Source of the DNA: the human T2T-CHM13v2.0 reference genome, Homo sapiens
NCBI RefSeq assembly: GCF_009914755.1
Contig: NC_060928.1
DNA: 64,000 bases
Direction: 5' to 3' (one strand)
A program made the position numbers and the translations under genes. Within the stretch, counting starts at the first letter, position 1; each line of letters opens with the position of its first letter. The notes beneath the pieces were generated by a model, which saw only the letters and a list, made by a program, of their open reading frames with translations, made no database searches and was not told where the DNA came from. Below, piece by piece: positions 1-13,509 of this stretch.

Positions 1-726
1 GTTTTGGTTTTTTTTTGATTTCCTGAAACAAAAGTGATCAAACCATCTTTTACTTAAAGAAGAGAAGGCATACATTTTTCCAAAGGATATTTTACCATGT
101 GTTTACCTAAAGGTAAGGCTGAGAAGAAGCCCCTCTCCTTCCTGCCGTTTTTTACAGTCAGCTTGTAACCGACACCCAGCTTCCAGCATGTGGTCAAAAA
201 AGGCAACTTAGAGGTAGGGGTTCTAAGGGTAAGGTGGCATGCAAAGGTATCACTCACAGCTCTGGGAATTCCAAACAACTAATTTTAAGGAGTAGTATTA
301 TGTCAATTTACAAATTGGGAGAAAGCTATATATGATGATTCTTTACCATTCACTTATTGGTTAGGCTGAGCATGTGATAAAAAGAAAGGAAGTGTGGTTA
401 AGTCAACTATGGAGTGGACTTGAGTCAACGAGGAAAACCTGGGGTTGGAATCTGGTTTGAAACCTTGTTTAGCATGGCAATCAAGGCTTGAGATAGAACA
501 GAAAAGTGGCAATGTATGGTTCTTCCAAAAAAACACTGTTTAAGTTAATAGTGCATCTTGTTACTCACCTTCCCCTAAATTACCCCTTCATTGTCTCAGG
601 CTACGATTCAACAAAATTTACTTCATTTTAAAAGTTCACTTCAACACTGTCCAGATAAGATGTGCCATCCTGTATGTCCAATACGGCAAATGTTAAATGT
701 GTGTGTGTGTGTGTGCACGCGTGCAG

Positions 727-1260
727 GTATGTTGGTCACAAATTTGCAAGTTGCGAGTGACAGAAATGTACTCAAGCTACAGTACCAAAGGGGCATTTAT
801 CCTCATATAACTGGTTGGAGAAGGAGGGTTGTCCAAGGAGTAAACCTCACTTAGGCTGGGTTTAGGGATTCAAATAGTGTCATGAGGATATTCCTCTCAC
901 TTTCTTTGGTTATTTCTTATGCTTTCCACAGAGTTGGCTTCCTTCCCAGGCAATCTCTTCCCATGTTGTGGAAAAGACGTCAGGCCAGTAGCAGACAGTG
1001 CTAGGTTCAGGCTTCCAATATTCTTACACCAACTTTCCCAGTGAAAAGAAAAAAAAGAAGCCACTTTTTCAACCACTCAAATGAAATTCCAGGGAGGATT
1101 CTGTTGCCTTGGTATCCCTACACCTCTTATACCAACATGGCCAGAGAGATGGGGTTCTCTGATAGCTAGAGACTGGCTCATCTAACTACCCTGAGTTGAA
1201 TTTCTCACAAGGAAGAACTGTTCAGTTAGCAGAAGGAAAGTGAAAGAAAGTGTAAAGGGA
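727..1260 (-). mobile_element. Ancient ERVL-MaLR LTR remnant (MLT1K/L-like)
   Basis: Antisense MLT1 3'-end pattern (GTTGCGAGTGACAGAAA...ACTCAAGCTA...GGCTGGGTTTAGGGATTCAAATAGTGTCA); heavily diverged, boundaries approximate. Confidence 0.5.
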
Positions 1261-1989
1261 AGCCAGAAATTTTATCTTGCTTAGAAGTTAAAGAGTATGC
1301 ACATGAAGGTAAATATTTGAAATAGGAATTTTGGGCTAATATGGAAGGACGTGTCTTCATTAGAGTTTAATATTAGCAAACAAATAACATACCCAATTGT
1401 TTCAGCAGAAAATCACTCTGTACACTGAGTTTGGAGGTCCTCATTCTTGTAGGTTTTGCATATAATCACACTCTGTTTATTTCCCCTGAAGTTAATGGAA
1501 ACAGAAATGTACATCATCATTATGACACCTGCAGGTAGTTTCTATAATACACATTATTGATGAAATTTTCTAAAGCTGCTTTTATATCTTAAAGCTGCAT
1601 ACAAAGATGACTCTGACAACAATGGAAATAAAAATCGCTTTAAAGCAATCTCATGTGGTAACATCTATTGTTTTGCTATAATGGGATTCTGTTAATGTCA
1701 ATATATTTCTGAAAATCTTCTCAGTTCCCATGATCAAAAGAAAATAGAAGAGAACTGTAGTCCCCTAGTAGCTAATTAGCACATAAAAAATTGTATTTGA
1801 GAACAGAAGGAGAGAAAGGGATGTGCTATTTTCTTACCATTTCAGTTCCTTTGAGTTCTGCAAACTTGGGTATTAGACACATAACTAGATTAACATCAAT
1901 TTGTACCACTCTGATTTTTAATGTTTCTGCAAAATTTATTAATAAAAATATTATTTTGCATATGCATATTCTTAATATGGTACATTGTT

Positions 1990-2038
1990 TATATATGTGT
2001 ATACACACACGTGCATGTGTGCACACACACACATATGT
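1990..2038. repeat. 49-nt perfect alternating purine/pyrimidine tract (TA/TG/CA mix)
   Basis: TATATATGTGTATACACACACGTGCATGTGTGCACACACACACATATGT alternates R/Y without a break. Confidence 0.9.
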
Positions 2039-2925
2039 TTGTGATGCACATGTTGAATGCTATCACACATTCTCAGCCCAGGAGAGCTAGTGCAGCAGGA
2101 CAACTGCATGCTTTAGGCCAGTGAGCATTTGTATACTGTGCTGCAAATGTTCTCAGCCAAATACTACTGTCTGGACACCAAGCAGAGAGAATTCTCTGAT
2201 GCATTATTTTTTCACTGCCACTCTCTGTCACTTATTTTGTTCTTTGAAAAATGTCCCTGACCTCAATTGCCAATACATAAGGAAATAAAATAAAATGTAA
2301 ATTGATAGTGCAGTTCTGTCCAAAGATGCAAAAGAAAGGTTTGACTGAGGCTTAAGGTAACTTGAAAGAGATAATTTAGTCTACTCAGGATAAAAGGTAG
2401 TGATCAATTAGTGATTGATGGAAGTCATTTGGCATTATTAAGGAAATCATAAGCATCATTATAAATTGGTGAATAGAATAACAATTATTTGCAAGGTATA
2501 AGAAAGAAATGACAGAGGTATGTTGTGATTTCAGAGTATTTGGAGAGCATAAAAATGATATTTCTAAAACCTAGAAGATACCACCATGAGAAAACGAGTG
2601 ATGCTGTAGCATTGAATCAGGTACTGCCGAGAAATTATCCTCCTTATCAGCCCCAAACAGTTTGTTCCTATTTAATTAGATGAAATTGCTCTTCAGAGTT
2701 TCGAGAATGAAAGAATATGGGAAATCAAGGAACGATTATTTCTATATGCCAGAATATAAAACTACAATTTGAAATATATTTTCTTGCTATAGCATAACAT
2801 ATTTAATGCTTTATATAATTACTAAGTGTATAAATAATTTTTGTGAACCACTTGATCTTTTCAAAACATTAAAGCAGAATTTCTTTTACAAAGATGCTGT
2901 TTGTAATGCATTGTTAAAAATGAGA

Positions 2926-2992
2926 ATTTGCCTCATTTTTCTTTTTCTTTTTAAAGTAGATTTGCCTAATTATTCTTTTCTTTTTAAGGTAG
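2926..2992. repeat. Imperfect ~34-bp tandem duplication
   Basis: ATTTGCCTCATTTTTCTTTTTCTTTTTAAAGTAG followed by ATTTGCCTAATTATTCTTTTCTTTTTAAGGTAG. Confidence 0.85.
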
Positions 2993-4489
2993 ACCCGTTA
3001 GAGAAGCTCTGCTGAAAGCAAACTAAACCTATACATGACCTTTTTAATAATAGTATTAATTATAATCACACTCTGTCTTGATTTAATGCAGTGCCAGAAA
3101 TTCTTTCCAGTGGCAGCAAAAGAGAAAACAAAACCAGAAACTCTTAGTTGGAGGAAACTCTTAGTTTCCTTTTCCTACTTCCAATTTGTATGAAAAGGAA
3201 GTATCACTGTATTATAATTTTATTATTTATACTTAATCAAACACAACTGAAAGTTCTAATTATTATTTATCTTAATGATTCATGAAATTATATTGGAAGA
3301 GTTCCTATAATATGTACAGAATATTCCCAAGCTGTGCAAAATAATTACCGTTGATGAAAGAGCCACAGTGAAACGGTATTTCACAAGTGTTTGGAGTTAT
3401 TCTCACCAGGGGCAGGCTGTGGATCATTGGCATTAACTAATGATGACCTGAGATCAAAGACAGAACCCTATGGAACTCCAGCTTTCAAGGTAGCATAATA
3501 AGTCTGAAATGTCGAATGAAATCTTCTACAAATGAAATTTGAAGTACAATAATGGCCCATCAAAACTGTCAAGCTAGCTCTCCAACTGATAGACACACAC
3601 AAACACACACACACGCACACACACTCACACCCCACATGATTGATGATTTAAAAGCTCTAGGCTAGGAAAGTGAAATAGTTGCAGACAAATGACCAAAAGC
3701 AAATTTTTAAGTCCAGTTACAAAAAAGCAAATGTAACCAAGTCTATCATGCACTGCAGCATACCTCATGCCATGCCAAGAATACACAAAATGACCTTTCC
3801 AGAAAAGAAAACAAAATATAAGACAAAAGCAAGATTGATGAACAAAATCCTGCACTACCTCTAAACAGCAGTGTTAATCAAGCAACTATAATTGTCCTGT
3901 TAACTTATATCAGCTTGCTTTTAAAGCTCTAAATTCTTAGTCTTTAGAGTAGACCATGCTACTACTGAATGTGTAAAAGCACAAAGGTACAAATTTGGCA
4001 TCCAGCAGAAAACAACAAGTTGTAAGAGCATACAAAGCTTCTGTGATGGCAAATCACTGATTATGTAAAATTAATTAGTATAATTCTGATCAGAACAATT
4101 ATTTCTCTGTAACAGTTCGTTGGAATTAATAATAATAGGACAAAAAATTCTTAACTCATGTCTTCAACTGTTACTGCAAGCATTAAAAATAGAGCTGTGA
4201 AATCTTCGTGAAGCCTGTGAGTTGAGCACACACTGCTTTACTTCTGAGAGAGAGAGAAGGCAAAAAGACAAGCTTATAGAAGATATTTAATTAAAGTCAG
4301 AAAGAACATTAAAATAGAAAAATTAGCTCAGTGAAAAGTATCTTTTCATTTCCACTAAATCAGAAACAATTTAAAGACTGCAATGGAAACTGGAAGTAAA
4401 AGAAAAAAAAAAGCCCTCTTTAATTGGTTTGGAATTTTCTATTGTACTTCTGGAGTTCTGACTGGGTACACTATTGAACCTACTTGTTT

Positions 4490-4900
4490 TAATTATTCAT
4501 TTATTTGTTCTTTTATTCATGTAGTCATTCATTTATTGATTGACATATTCTCTTATCCATTCATTCATCTATTCATTTATGTAACATTCTCTGCTGTTCG
4601 TTAGGTACCGCGCTATATGTTGAACATGCAAAATGTATATGGCATGATATCTGCTCTTGAAGTACTTAAAGTGACAGACAAGCATGTAAATCAGTATGTA
4701 TAGTAAAATATGGTGCCATTTAATATGCTGAAGTGGGGTACAGAAGTATTTAAATCTACCTGTGCTAGTGGGGTAGATATGCTCAAGGAAGCTTTTAGGA
4801 AGAGATGTTATTTGAGCTGTTCTTTACGATGGCTTAAAATTTACCAGGAATCTACAACATCTATACTTAAACAGGAAGAATATTTCAAGAAACATTGACA
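4490..4900 (-). mobile_element. L2 3'-end fragment with degenerate (TTCA)n tail
   Basis: ATTCATTTATT/TTCATTCATC tail, then L2-type text (CTGCTCTTGAAGTACTTAAAGT...CAAGGAAGCTTTTAGGAAGAGATGTTATTTGAGCTG). Confidence 0.65.
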
Positions 4901-5779
4901 TTTGCAGATAATTAGAAATGACAAATTTGAGGCTTATTTTCTATTATGTTTCACATAATTACATATTTCAAGTAATAGGTAGTCAGCTTTATATGTAATG
5001 AACAAGTGGAACAGCAAATGGAATAATTCTTAGGGAAATAGTTATTATATTTAAGATTATGTCAGTCTTGACCACAAGGCCAAAACTATGAATGAGGTAG
5101 GTTACTAAAAGGGCACTAAGCTTCCCTTCATAGTTATTTAATAATTACTAAGCAGAATGTGTTAAATGAGAGGGTCACAGTCTCTGGCTTATTAATACAA
5201 CCATGATAGGTTTATTTCTTGTAAGTATGCTCAGCACACTCAACTGGGGCCATAACTTTGACTGGAAGTCCTGAGAAGAGGGCTTTCTGCCAGAGGAAAT
5301 TTTGGAAGTTAACAGTGACCTATGAGATGTCACTATGTGGTAATAATGGGGATAGAATGAAATTGGATACATAGGAGAAATGTTTCTGTTAAAGACAGAA
5401 AAATTACTCAAAATTCAGAGGCACTGGGAAAATGTTAAATTAGATACTTGACCATTACTCTTCAGACTTAATATAGAGAAGGATCTTAAGGGCTTAAAAT
5501 ATTTTATTTTTCTGGTTCATTGAGTACTTTTACTTATTATTGTCATTATTATTATTATTATTATGGGAGTGGCAGTAATAGTAGTAGTACCCAGTAGAGG
5601 CTTAACCAATAGATACATTTTATTGCTGAACTACATTATTATTAATATATTATTTGGTTTACATTGTTATTTAAGGGCATTTTGCAAATGTCATCTCAAG
5701 AAAAAGAAGTGAAGGATAGACTGGAGGTAAAACCGGAAAGGATGAGAAACCAAACAAGGCTGGGTTATTAAATTGTTTA

Positions 5780-6930
5780 CTCTAATAAACAATATTGCTT
5801 GTTCCTTTGGCACCTTGTGAGAAGCCTTAGGAAATGTGCCTCAGAACTTTTGACTCAGGGAGAGAAAAGTTGGAAATGTTTATTTATTGGTCCTTATTGT
5901 TCATTGCTCAATAATGGCATTGTACATTTTTGGGTGGGGTACATGTGTGAGCACAGAGTGGGTTCCCATGGGCATCTCATACTATAATCCATAGGATCCC
6001 AGGAGCAAAGAGTAACACAGGTGGTGCAGGCCTGAGTCAAGGCTGAGGGCACCTGGGCAGAATGGTTGAAGCCTATGCAGGACTGATGATGACAATAATA
6101 GCTGGAGTGGCCAACAAACATCTGAAAAAATACTCATCATCCCTAGTCATCAGAGAAATGCAAATCAAAACCACAATAAAATCTCATCTCACACCAGTCG
6201 GAATGGCTATTATTAAAACGTCAAAAAATAACAGATGTTGGTGAGGTTGCAGAGAAAAGGGAACATTTATACACTGTTGGTGGGAATGTAAATTAGTTCA
6301 TCCTCTGTGAAAAGCAGTTTGAAAATATCTCAAAGAACTAAAAATAGAACTATCATTTGACCAAGCAATCCCATTACTGGGTATATATCCGAAGGAGTAT
6401 AAACCATTCTATCAAAAAGACACACGCACTTGTATGTTCATTGCAGCACTATTTCACAATAGCAAAGACAGGATCACCCTGGGTGCCCATCAACAGTGGA
6501 TTGGATAAAGAAAGTGTGGTACATATACACCATGGAATACTGTATCACCATAAAAAGGAGCAAAATCAGGTCGCTTACAACAACATGGATGAAGCTGGAA
6601 GCCATTATCCTAAGGGAATTAATGCAGAAACAGAAAATCAAATATCACATGTTGTCACTTATAAGTAGGAACTAAAACTTGGGTACACATGGATGTGAAG
6701 ATAGGAACAACAGACACGAGGGGCTCTGAAAACAGGGAGAGAAGGAGGGGGACAAGGGCTGCAAGACTTCCTGTTGTTACTATGTTCACTGTCTCAGTGA
6801 TGGGATCAATAAACAGTCAAACCTCAGCATTGCAGTATACCCGTGTAGCAAACCTGCACAGGTATCCCCTGAATCTAAAATAAAAAATAAAATTTACAAA
6901 AGTGGGGCACAAGAGGCGCCTAACATAAAT
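5780..6930 (-). mobile_element. Ancient ERVL-type LTR remnant (LTR33/LTR16-like) split by the L1PB insertion
   Basis: GCCTCAGAAC...GAAAAGTTGGAAATGTTTATTTAT motif before the L1 and AGTGGGGCACAAGAGGCGCCTAACA after it resemble the antisense terminus of this class; family uncertain. Confidence 0.4.
6109..6893 (+). mobile_element. 5'-truncated L1 (L1PB3/4-like): ORF2 C-terminus and 3' UTR
   Basis: Translates to [44 protein letters not shown] (L1 ORF2p C-terminal region, disrupted by a stop); ends CCCCTGAATCTAAAATAAAAAATAAAA. Confidence 0.92.
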
Positions 6931-7154
6931 GCTGTGTGCTCTTTAACATAGAAGGAGACTTGTTTAGAAAAGCGAAAGGGGCAATTTTATAAATGCTGCA
7001 AAACATTGTTTTCAGTGAAATCTGAAATAGCAGATAAATATGGCGAAGCTCTAAACTTTGACTATGTCCCATCATATTCAATAAATTCCAATCACCACTT
7101 CCGCCTCCTTCAAATCCTTCCTAATGGAGAAAGCCCAAATTATTTAATGTATAC

Positions 7155-7665
7155 CAGCATTTCTCAAACATTTGGTCTCAGGACTCCTTTATACACTTTA
7201 AAATCATTGAAGATACCAAAGTGCTCCCCCACCATAAATGTAACTTAAATATATTCATATTTATCATATTAAGAATTAGCGTAAATTTTAAATAGTCTTA
7301 ATACATTTAAAATAAAAGCATACTGCATGTTAACAACAGCAATATTTTTATGAAAAATAACTATATTTCCCAAAACAAAAAAGTAGTGAAGACTCACATT
7401 GTTCTACTTTTTTTTTTACAAATCTCTTTAATGTCTGGCTTTATAGAAGACTTGCTTTCTCATATCTGCCCCACAGGCATTCAATCTGCTGAGATATCAC
7501 GTGCCACATATCCTCTAGAAAACTCCACTCTACCCTCACGATAGAATGAAAGTGAAAGGGAAAAATGAGATCTTAATATTATTAAAATCGTTTTGTCCTT
7601 GCAGACCTCCTGGAATGGTCTCAGGAGCTCCCAGAGGTTTCTGGATGACACTCTGAGAACCGCTG
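7155..7665. mobile_element. hAT-Charlie non-autonomous DNA transposon (Charlie1-type)
   Basis: Terminal inverted repeats (TIRs) CAGCATTTCTCAAA ... TGAGAACCGCTG; internal TTTGGTCTCAGGACTCCTTTATACAC and TTGCAGACCTCCTGGAATGGTCTCAGG match Charlie1 ends. Confidence 0.75.
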
Positions 7666-7669
7666 GTTT

Positions 7670-7984
7670 GTTTGTTTGTTTGTTTATATTATACTTTTTA
7701 GAGACAGGTTCTTGCTCTGTTGCCCAGGCTGGAGTGCAGTGGTGCAATCATAGCTCACTGCAGCCTTGAACTCCTGGGCTTAAGTCATCCTCCCAACTCA
7801 GCCTCCTGAGCAGCTGTGACTACAGGTGTGTTCCACCATGCCCAGCTAATTTTTAAAATTCTTTTTGTAAAGACAGAGTCTCACTATGTTGCCCAGGTAG
7901 GTCTTGAACTCTGGTCTCAAGGGATCCTCCCACCTCAGCCTCCCAAAGTGCTGGGATTACAGACATGAGCCATTGCACCCGTCA
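7670..7984 (-). mobile_element. AluJ
   Basis: Dimeric antisense Alu with J-type ATCATAGCTCACTGCAGCCTTGAACTCCTGGGCT; (GTTT)n tail; 15-bp TSD GAGAAC(C/T)GCTGGTTT at 7655-7669 and 7985-7999. Confidence 0.95.
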
Positions 7985-9889
7985 GAGAACTGCTGGTTTC
8001 TATATGTTCATGCAGCCCAATCTACCTCTGTAATTTGATTCCCTGATATTTCATAAGTAAGTCTTATGCCCCATGCCATAGTGAGCATCACCATTGCTCC
8101 AAATACAGCCTCTAGACTCCCTGCATGCAAGCTTTCCACCCACCTTTCCCTCCTCCTTCCCCTGCCACTATCTTCCCTTATGCTATTGATGTTTGTCCAA
8201 ATCCTTTCAATCACCCTTAGGAAACCTTCCCAAATTCACTTATTTCTACTTCTATTGAGTGAGTATCATTTTTTTTCCTTGCATAATAGGTATTTATTTG
8301 TGTTTTGCCTCCTTGGCAACTTTCCTCTAAAGCCTCCATATCCTGTAGCTTATGCTTGTGTGTAGTAGGTTGGTAAAAAAAATAGCTATTGAAAATATGT
8401 TATTACTTTTTACTCTGCTATATGCTTGTTTTACAGTTTATTGTATATGAACCAATACACCTTATCATTTCCTCATCTATGCATTTCAATACTAATTAAT
8501 TTTTTATTGGGGAGTGATACTTCAGAAACCTGTAAGAAAAGACTCAAATATATGGGTCCATCAGTCCTGACAAGTGTGTAGCAGATTACACATCTTGTTT
8601 GCTTTTAGCTCATCATTATTGTTTTATGCAACTTAGACTAGACTTTTTGTTTTTGACAGGAAGTAAGTTAGAACTAGGAAAGTTAACCTAATGGATGCAA
8701 AGACAATAATTGTAGTCTGCAATTAGTGACTAAATATCATTCACTGATTGTCACATAAGATTGATCTTGGGTTTTTGCAGGAGACTGATATTGTTGAACT
8801 TGTGAATGAAATATTCATTGTTCTCCCGTTCATGAACAATATGGCCAAAACTCTAATAAACTTTTTCAGATAATTACTACTTAGCACAGACCAGGGGCTA
8901 TCTGGCAACATAGATTTTCAAGCTTTCCTTATTTGTTTTTGAATAACTGAAGAAAAATAGCTAAATTTGAAGGGAATACCACTTCATTGTCTCATAATTC
9001 AGAGGTTGCCAAATCATGACCATTGAAGTGCTTATATCTATATAATTTATTATTTTCTTCTTTCTTATGCATAAGTCCTGCAACCTTAGATATAGTCATA
9101 ATAATATAGATAGACAAGTGTACTTGCTTATTTTGTTCCTGTCTGGCCAAGTTAGTTCAGCATTAAAATTGAAATGCCCGTTGATCAAGAACTAGCCAAA
9201 CTAAAACACTTGGCGTACTTAAATGCAATGAGCTTGGAAGTGCTCATATTTTCCACAAGTGATTTTCACTGCCTGTACACTAATCCTCTTTGCACTCAAT
9301 TTACAGAGAATGTACACTTCAGGGAATCTGTATACTAATTAATTTCAAAGCCTAATGCACGGCTAAGGAATATATCTTTAAAATATCTAGATTAGCTAGA
9401 TTAAATGACAATTCAATAGCAAAGGAACTTCTAAATTCCATTTAAATGTCAGATTAACAAGATGTAAATTCATCTGTAGAGAAAAGCCTTTACTTACTTC
9501 AGCTACACAAATAGTGACAGCTAAGAAAAGATACCTCAGTGTTTTGGTCAATATGCTTGTTTATATAGTTGCAAACATATGATGCTACTATAGCTTAGAT
9601 AGTTGAATCTCGTCACATCATTTTATGAAACCTCCTCTCTCAAAATACTCATAGATTCCCAAATGGGATTATTTACTAATTTAAAAATGCCTCAAATTTC
9701 CAATGCACGTGTTATGAAAAGCAGGGCTTTTTTTTGTGGCTAGGACCATCAGCTGAGAGAAATATAAGCACTACTCCATTGCTTCTGATCTTCAATAAAC
9801 TAACACCTATTTTTGTCTCACTCTGTGACTACAACTTTTTGCTTTTTTTGTTTACTCTCTCTAGTAAGCCATCTCCTATAATTCCTATA

Positions 9890-11180
9890 ATCCAAGGAGC
9901 TTAATACAACCTTTGATCCATTTATCCAATGCCTTTCACTGTTCCTTACCCTTGTATCCCTTCCTCCTCACCTAGATTTAATACCATGGTCAATCATTAT
10001 TATTTCCTTGCATATACCATCAACTCCTTTGTCCCTCTCTTACTTGGTTTTGCTCTCTTGGCTAAATTGCTGCCTGGTTAGATCCAGCTCTTTGCTTTCT
10101 TTCTGCTTGCCCTTGCACAACTGACATACACATATGTCTCAATTTAAATTCATAATAATTTATCTTTAAGAGGCCCTTTAAGCTTTGCAGTAATCATACT
10201 GTATTGCCAAGTCATTTTCCATTCCTACTCTCTTGAATAACTATTTCTTATCTTCTTTCACTTCAATTTTTCTAATACTTTCTCCATCCCCCATACTCTC
10301 AGATCTTACCTTGGAATTCACTGGGAACATAAAACTGTCAGAAAAGAACTTCCATCAAGCTAGCTACCCATCTATCATATCTATGCCCATATTTTCTACC
10401 TTTCTTTCCCCTGAGCTTTATTGAGATATAATTGACAAACACAGGTTGTACATATTTAAGGTGTAGAATGTGATAATTTGATATATGCATACATTGTGAA
10501 ATGATCACCACAAACAAACTAATTAGTTCATTCATCTCTTTTGCTCCTACAGATGAGATGCTTGTGCTCTTGCTAAGACCACGTACTCTTGTGCACTAGA
10601 TACTGGTCTCTTGTCTACTCAAGTACAATTCTTTCCTCTCCTACTTATCCTCAGATTTTCCTCTCTGTTGTATCCTTCCTATTAGCATACAAACATATGG
10701 TACTTTTCCCATTTGAAAAGAACCTGTGCTTGATTGCAGTTTTATCTCCAGCAAATGCACTCTTTTACTCCCACAATTAACTGCAAAGCTCTTCAAAAGA
10801 GTTTTCCAATCTTGCTTCTTCCTTTATCTCTCTTGAACCTCCGATCTGCATTTTTTCCCACATAACTCTACTGAAAGTACTTAATCAAGGTTACTAGTGT
10901 CTGTGTTGCTAAATCTAATGACCAATTCTCACTTTTTGTTTTATTTTATCCGTCAATAGCAATTGACTTAGTAAATGACTCTCTCCTTGAAATGCTTAAC
11001 CTTTCTTTCTCTTAGTTCTCTCATCTTACTAGCTGTTCATTCTCAGTCTTCTTTGCTGGGTTTCCAGAGCTTTGTCCCTGGACTTTTCTCCCCTATCTAT
11101 ACTTGTTTTATTATTATTATTATTTCATTCAGTCTCACTGTTTTAAATCGTATCTGTACCCACTATTCCAAAATGGGTAT
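9890..11180 (+). mobile_element. L2 internal fragment, interrupted by an L1 3' end
   Basis: Pyrimidine-rich L2 text (CCATGGTCAATCATTAT...CCTTGCATATACCATCAACTCCTTTG; CTCTACTGAAAGTACTTAATCAAGGTTACTAGT...TTGCTAAATCTAATG). Confidence 0.7.
10415..10535 (-). mobile_element. L1MA-type 3' end
   Basis: GCTTTATTGAGATATAATTGACAAAC...ATATTTAAGGTGTA...ACATTGTGAAATGATCACCAC is the antisense L1MA 3' terminus. Confidence 0.8.
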
Positions 11181-12335
11181 CTCCATTATTATACTACTGC
11201 TTTTGAAATGTAACTGCTCAGTATTGCTTGCTGATGAGTTACCAGTATTTAAACATAAGGTGATTACTTTTTACTCTCTCCCTTCTACATATGATTACAT
11301 AGCTCAGAGTCACTATTGTTAATGCATTGTTTCTTCCACATCTAAACTCTAAGACACTGATGATTCCTTTTTATCTTTCCCTGGAAATCTGACTCAGAAG
11401 AGAAAGAGATCATGGTGGGAAAGAACAGAAAGAGCAAAGAGAAAGACATGAAAGGAACCTCTTGGTTAAGTTTAGAAACTGGATAATTGCACTGGTAAAA
11501 GAGAAGAGATGTTTAACGTTTTATTTTTAACCAACAATTTTAAATATTTACAATAACTAGGGAGAACAGAAAATCCACAGAAGATTCTAAGAAGATATAA
11601 AGTATTACAAAGTCATGACATTTCATCATCACTAAACATATTCTTGAAGATAGGTTTGCCAAATACAAATGGAGTAGAGATTACTTGATTATGATAAAAT
11701 GCTCATAGCTGTAATTCATTTATATATTTAAAAACTAATAAAAATCTATGTTTTCTATTCTTATGAGAAATATATATTACTTCACTTTTCCATATACTGC
11801 ATAGCTAGTATCAGGGTCTTTGGAGAGTTTTATGACAGTTCGATGGCTTTAACTCCTTTTTGAGGTGAGGGGATTTACTTTGAGATTTAGTCAGTGAATA
11901 GACCCATCTTGTAGGCTGCATCCCTCTCCCATTTTGCTCTGCTTGTAATGACAAGTTGAATGGCTCTTGCCTCCTGTTATAGGCAACCATTCATGCAACC
12001 TCTGAGCCTGTCTGGGGCTTTCCCTGCTATCTTCACTAGTCTAAACACCTCATCAGTACTGTTGATCCAGCACCAGTGCTAATTCTACTTCTGTAGCCTT
12101 AGTCAATTCTACTGCTACTTTTGTCAAGGTGCCATTCATGCTGTCATCAGATTCTTCCAGGTGTATATCAAATTCCTGTAAGCCATGACACAGGGGTCCC
12201 CACCAAACCTTTTCTATTCTCTTCACTATTGCCCTTCTGTAAGAAAAGGCTGAAACTGGTAAATAATTGATTTGCCCAAAACAAGCCCTTGATACCATTC
12301 TCAAAATTTTCAGCCTGAGACAAAAGGTGACCCTA

Positions 12336-12703
<368 letters not shown>

Positions 12704-13509
12704 CTAGAAGTTTTGTGTCAACTCCTCTTACTACTGCAGTAAATTCTTTCCTGTAATTCTGCTTTCTTCTATGATTGTTTTTGGCTCATAACCAACTTTC
12801 CTTTGACAAATAGACATTATCTGATTTCATTCCTTCAAGTGTCCCACTGTCTGGAGAGTTTCTGGACATCAGATTTGTTGAACATAAACAGAAAAATATT
12901 TTGGCAGGCTGGGAAGATAATAGAAAGTATTGAGTTTAGGTTCAAGGAAATCTAGTTATATTCTAGCTGTATTGTTTACTAGTTGCAAATATTTTAACAA
13001 ACTTTTAAGCTTCTTTGACATTTTAATTTAGTAGCCACAAATCCCCCAAAAAGTGGGTATTAAGTCTAATTATGTAGACTTATCTTGTAAGAATCACATA
13101 AAAATCATATAGTGGATATTGGCAAATGGTAATCTTCATGATTACTTTTATTTTGAAACAAAGTGAGGTGATATAACAATAATAAAAGTAGAATTAATTA
13201 TTTTATTCTAAATTATTGTTGTGCCTTTAGAAAATAGGTATGTGCCTTCATTAAGACTTGGCTCTTGAGTGTTTCCCAGTGATCCTGATTTTATCTAACT
13301 TTATCACATCAAGTGTTTGATCAGGTTTATTCTTTCTCCTTTCAGGACTGCAAATCACTCTTTTGGTGTAAGTAATAAATATCTGAGACAAGGGCATCAC
13401 AATTTCTAAACTTCACACTTATTATTTTCTTATGCAGGAAAAATTCTCATGCTTGTAAATATAATGCTAATTGCTTTTTATAATATGTTTTCTGTCTCTA
13501 AAAGTAATT

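Noticed and set aside
6062-6883. ORFs with protein-like sequence
   Set aside because: They are disrupted L1 ORF2 and 3' UTR fragments, not a host gene.
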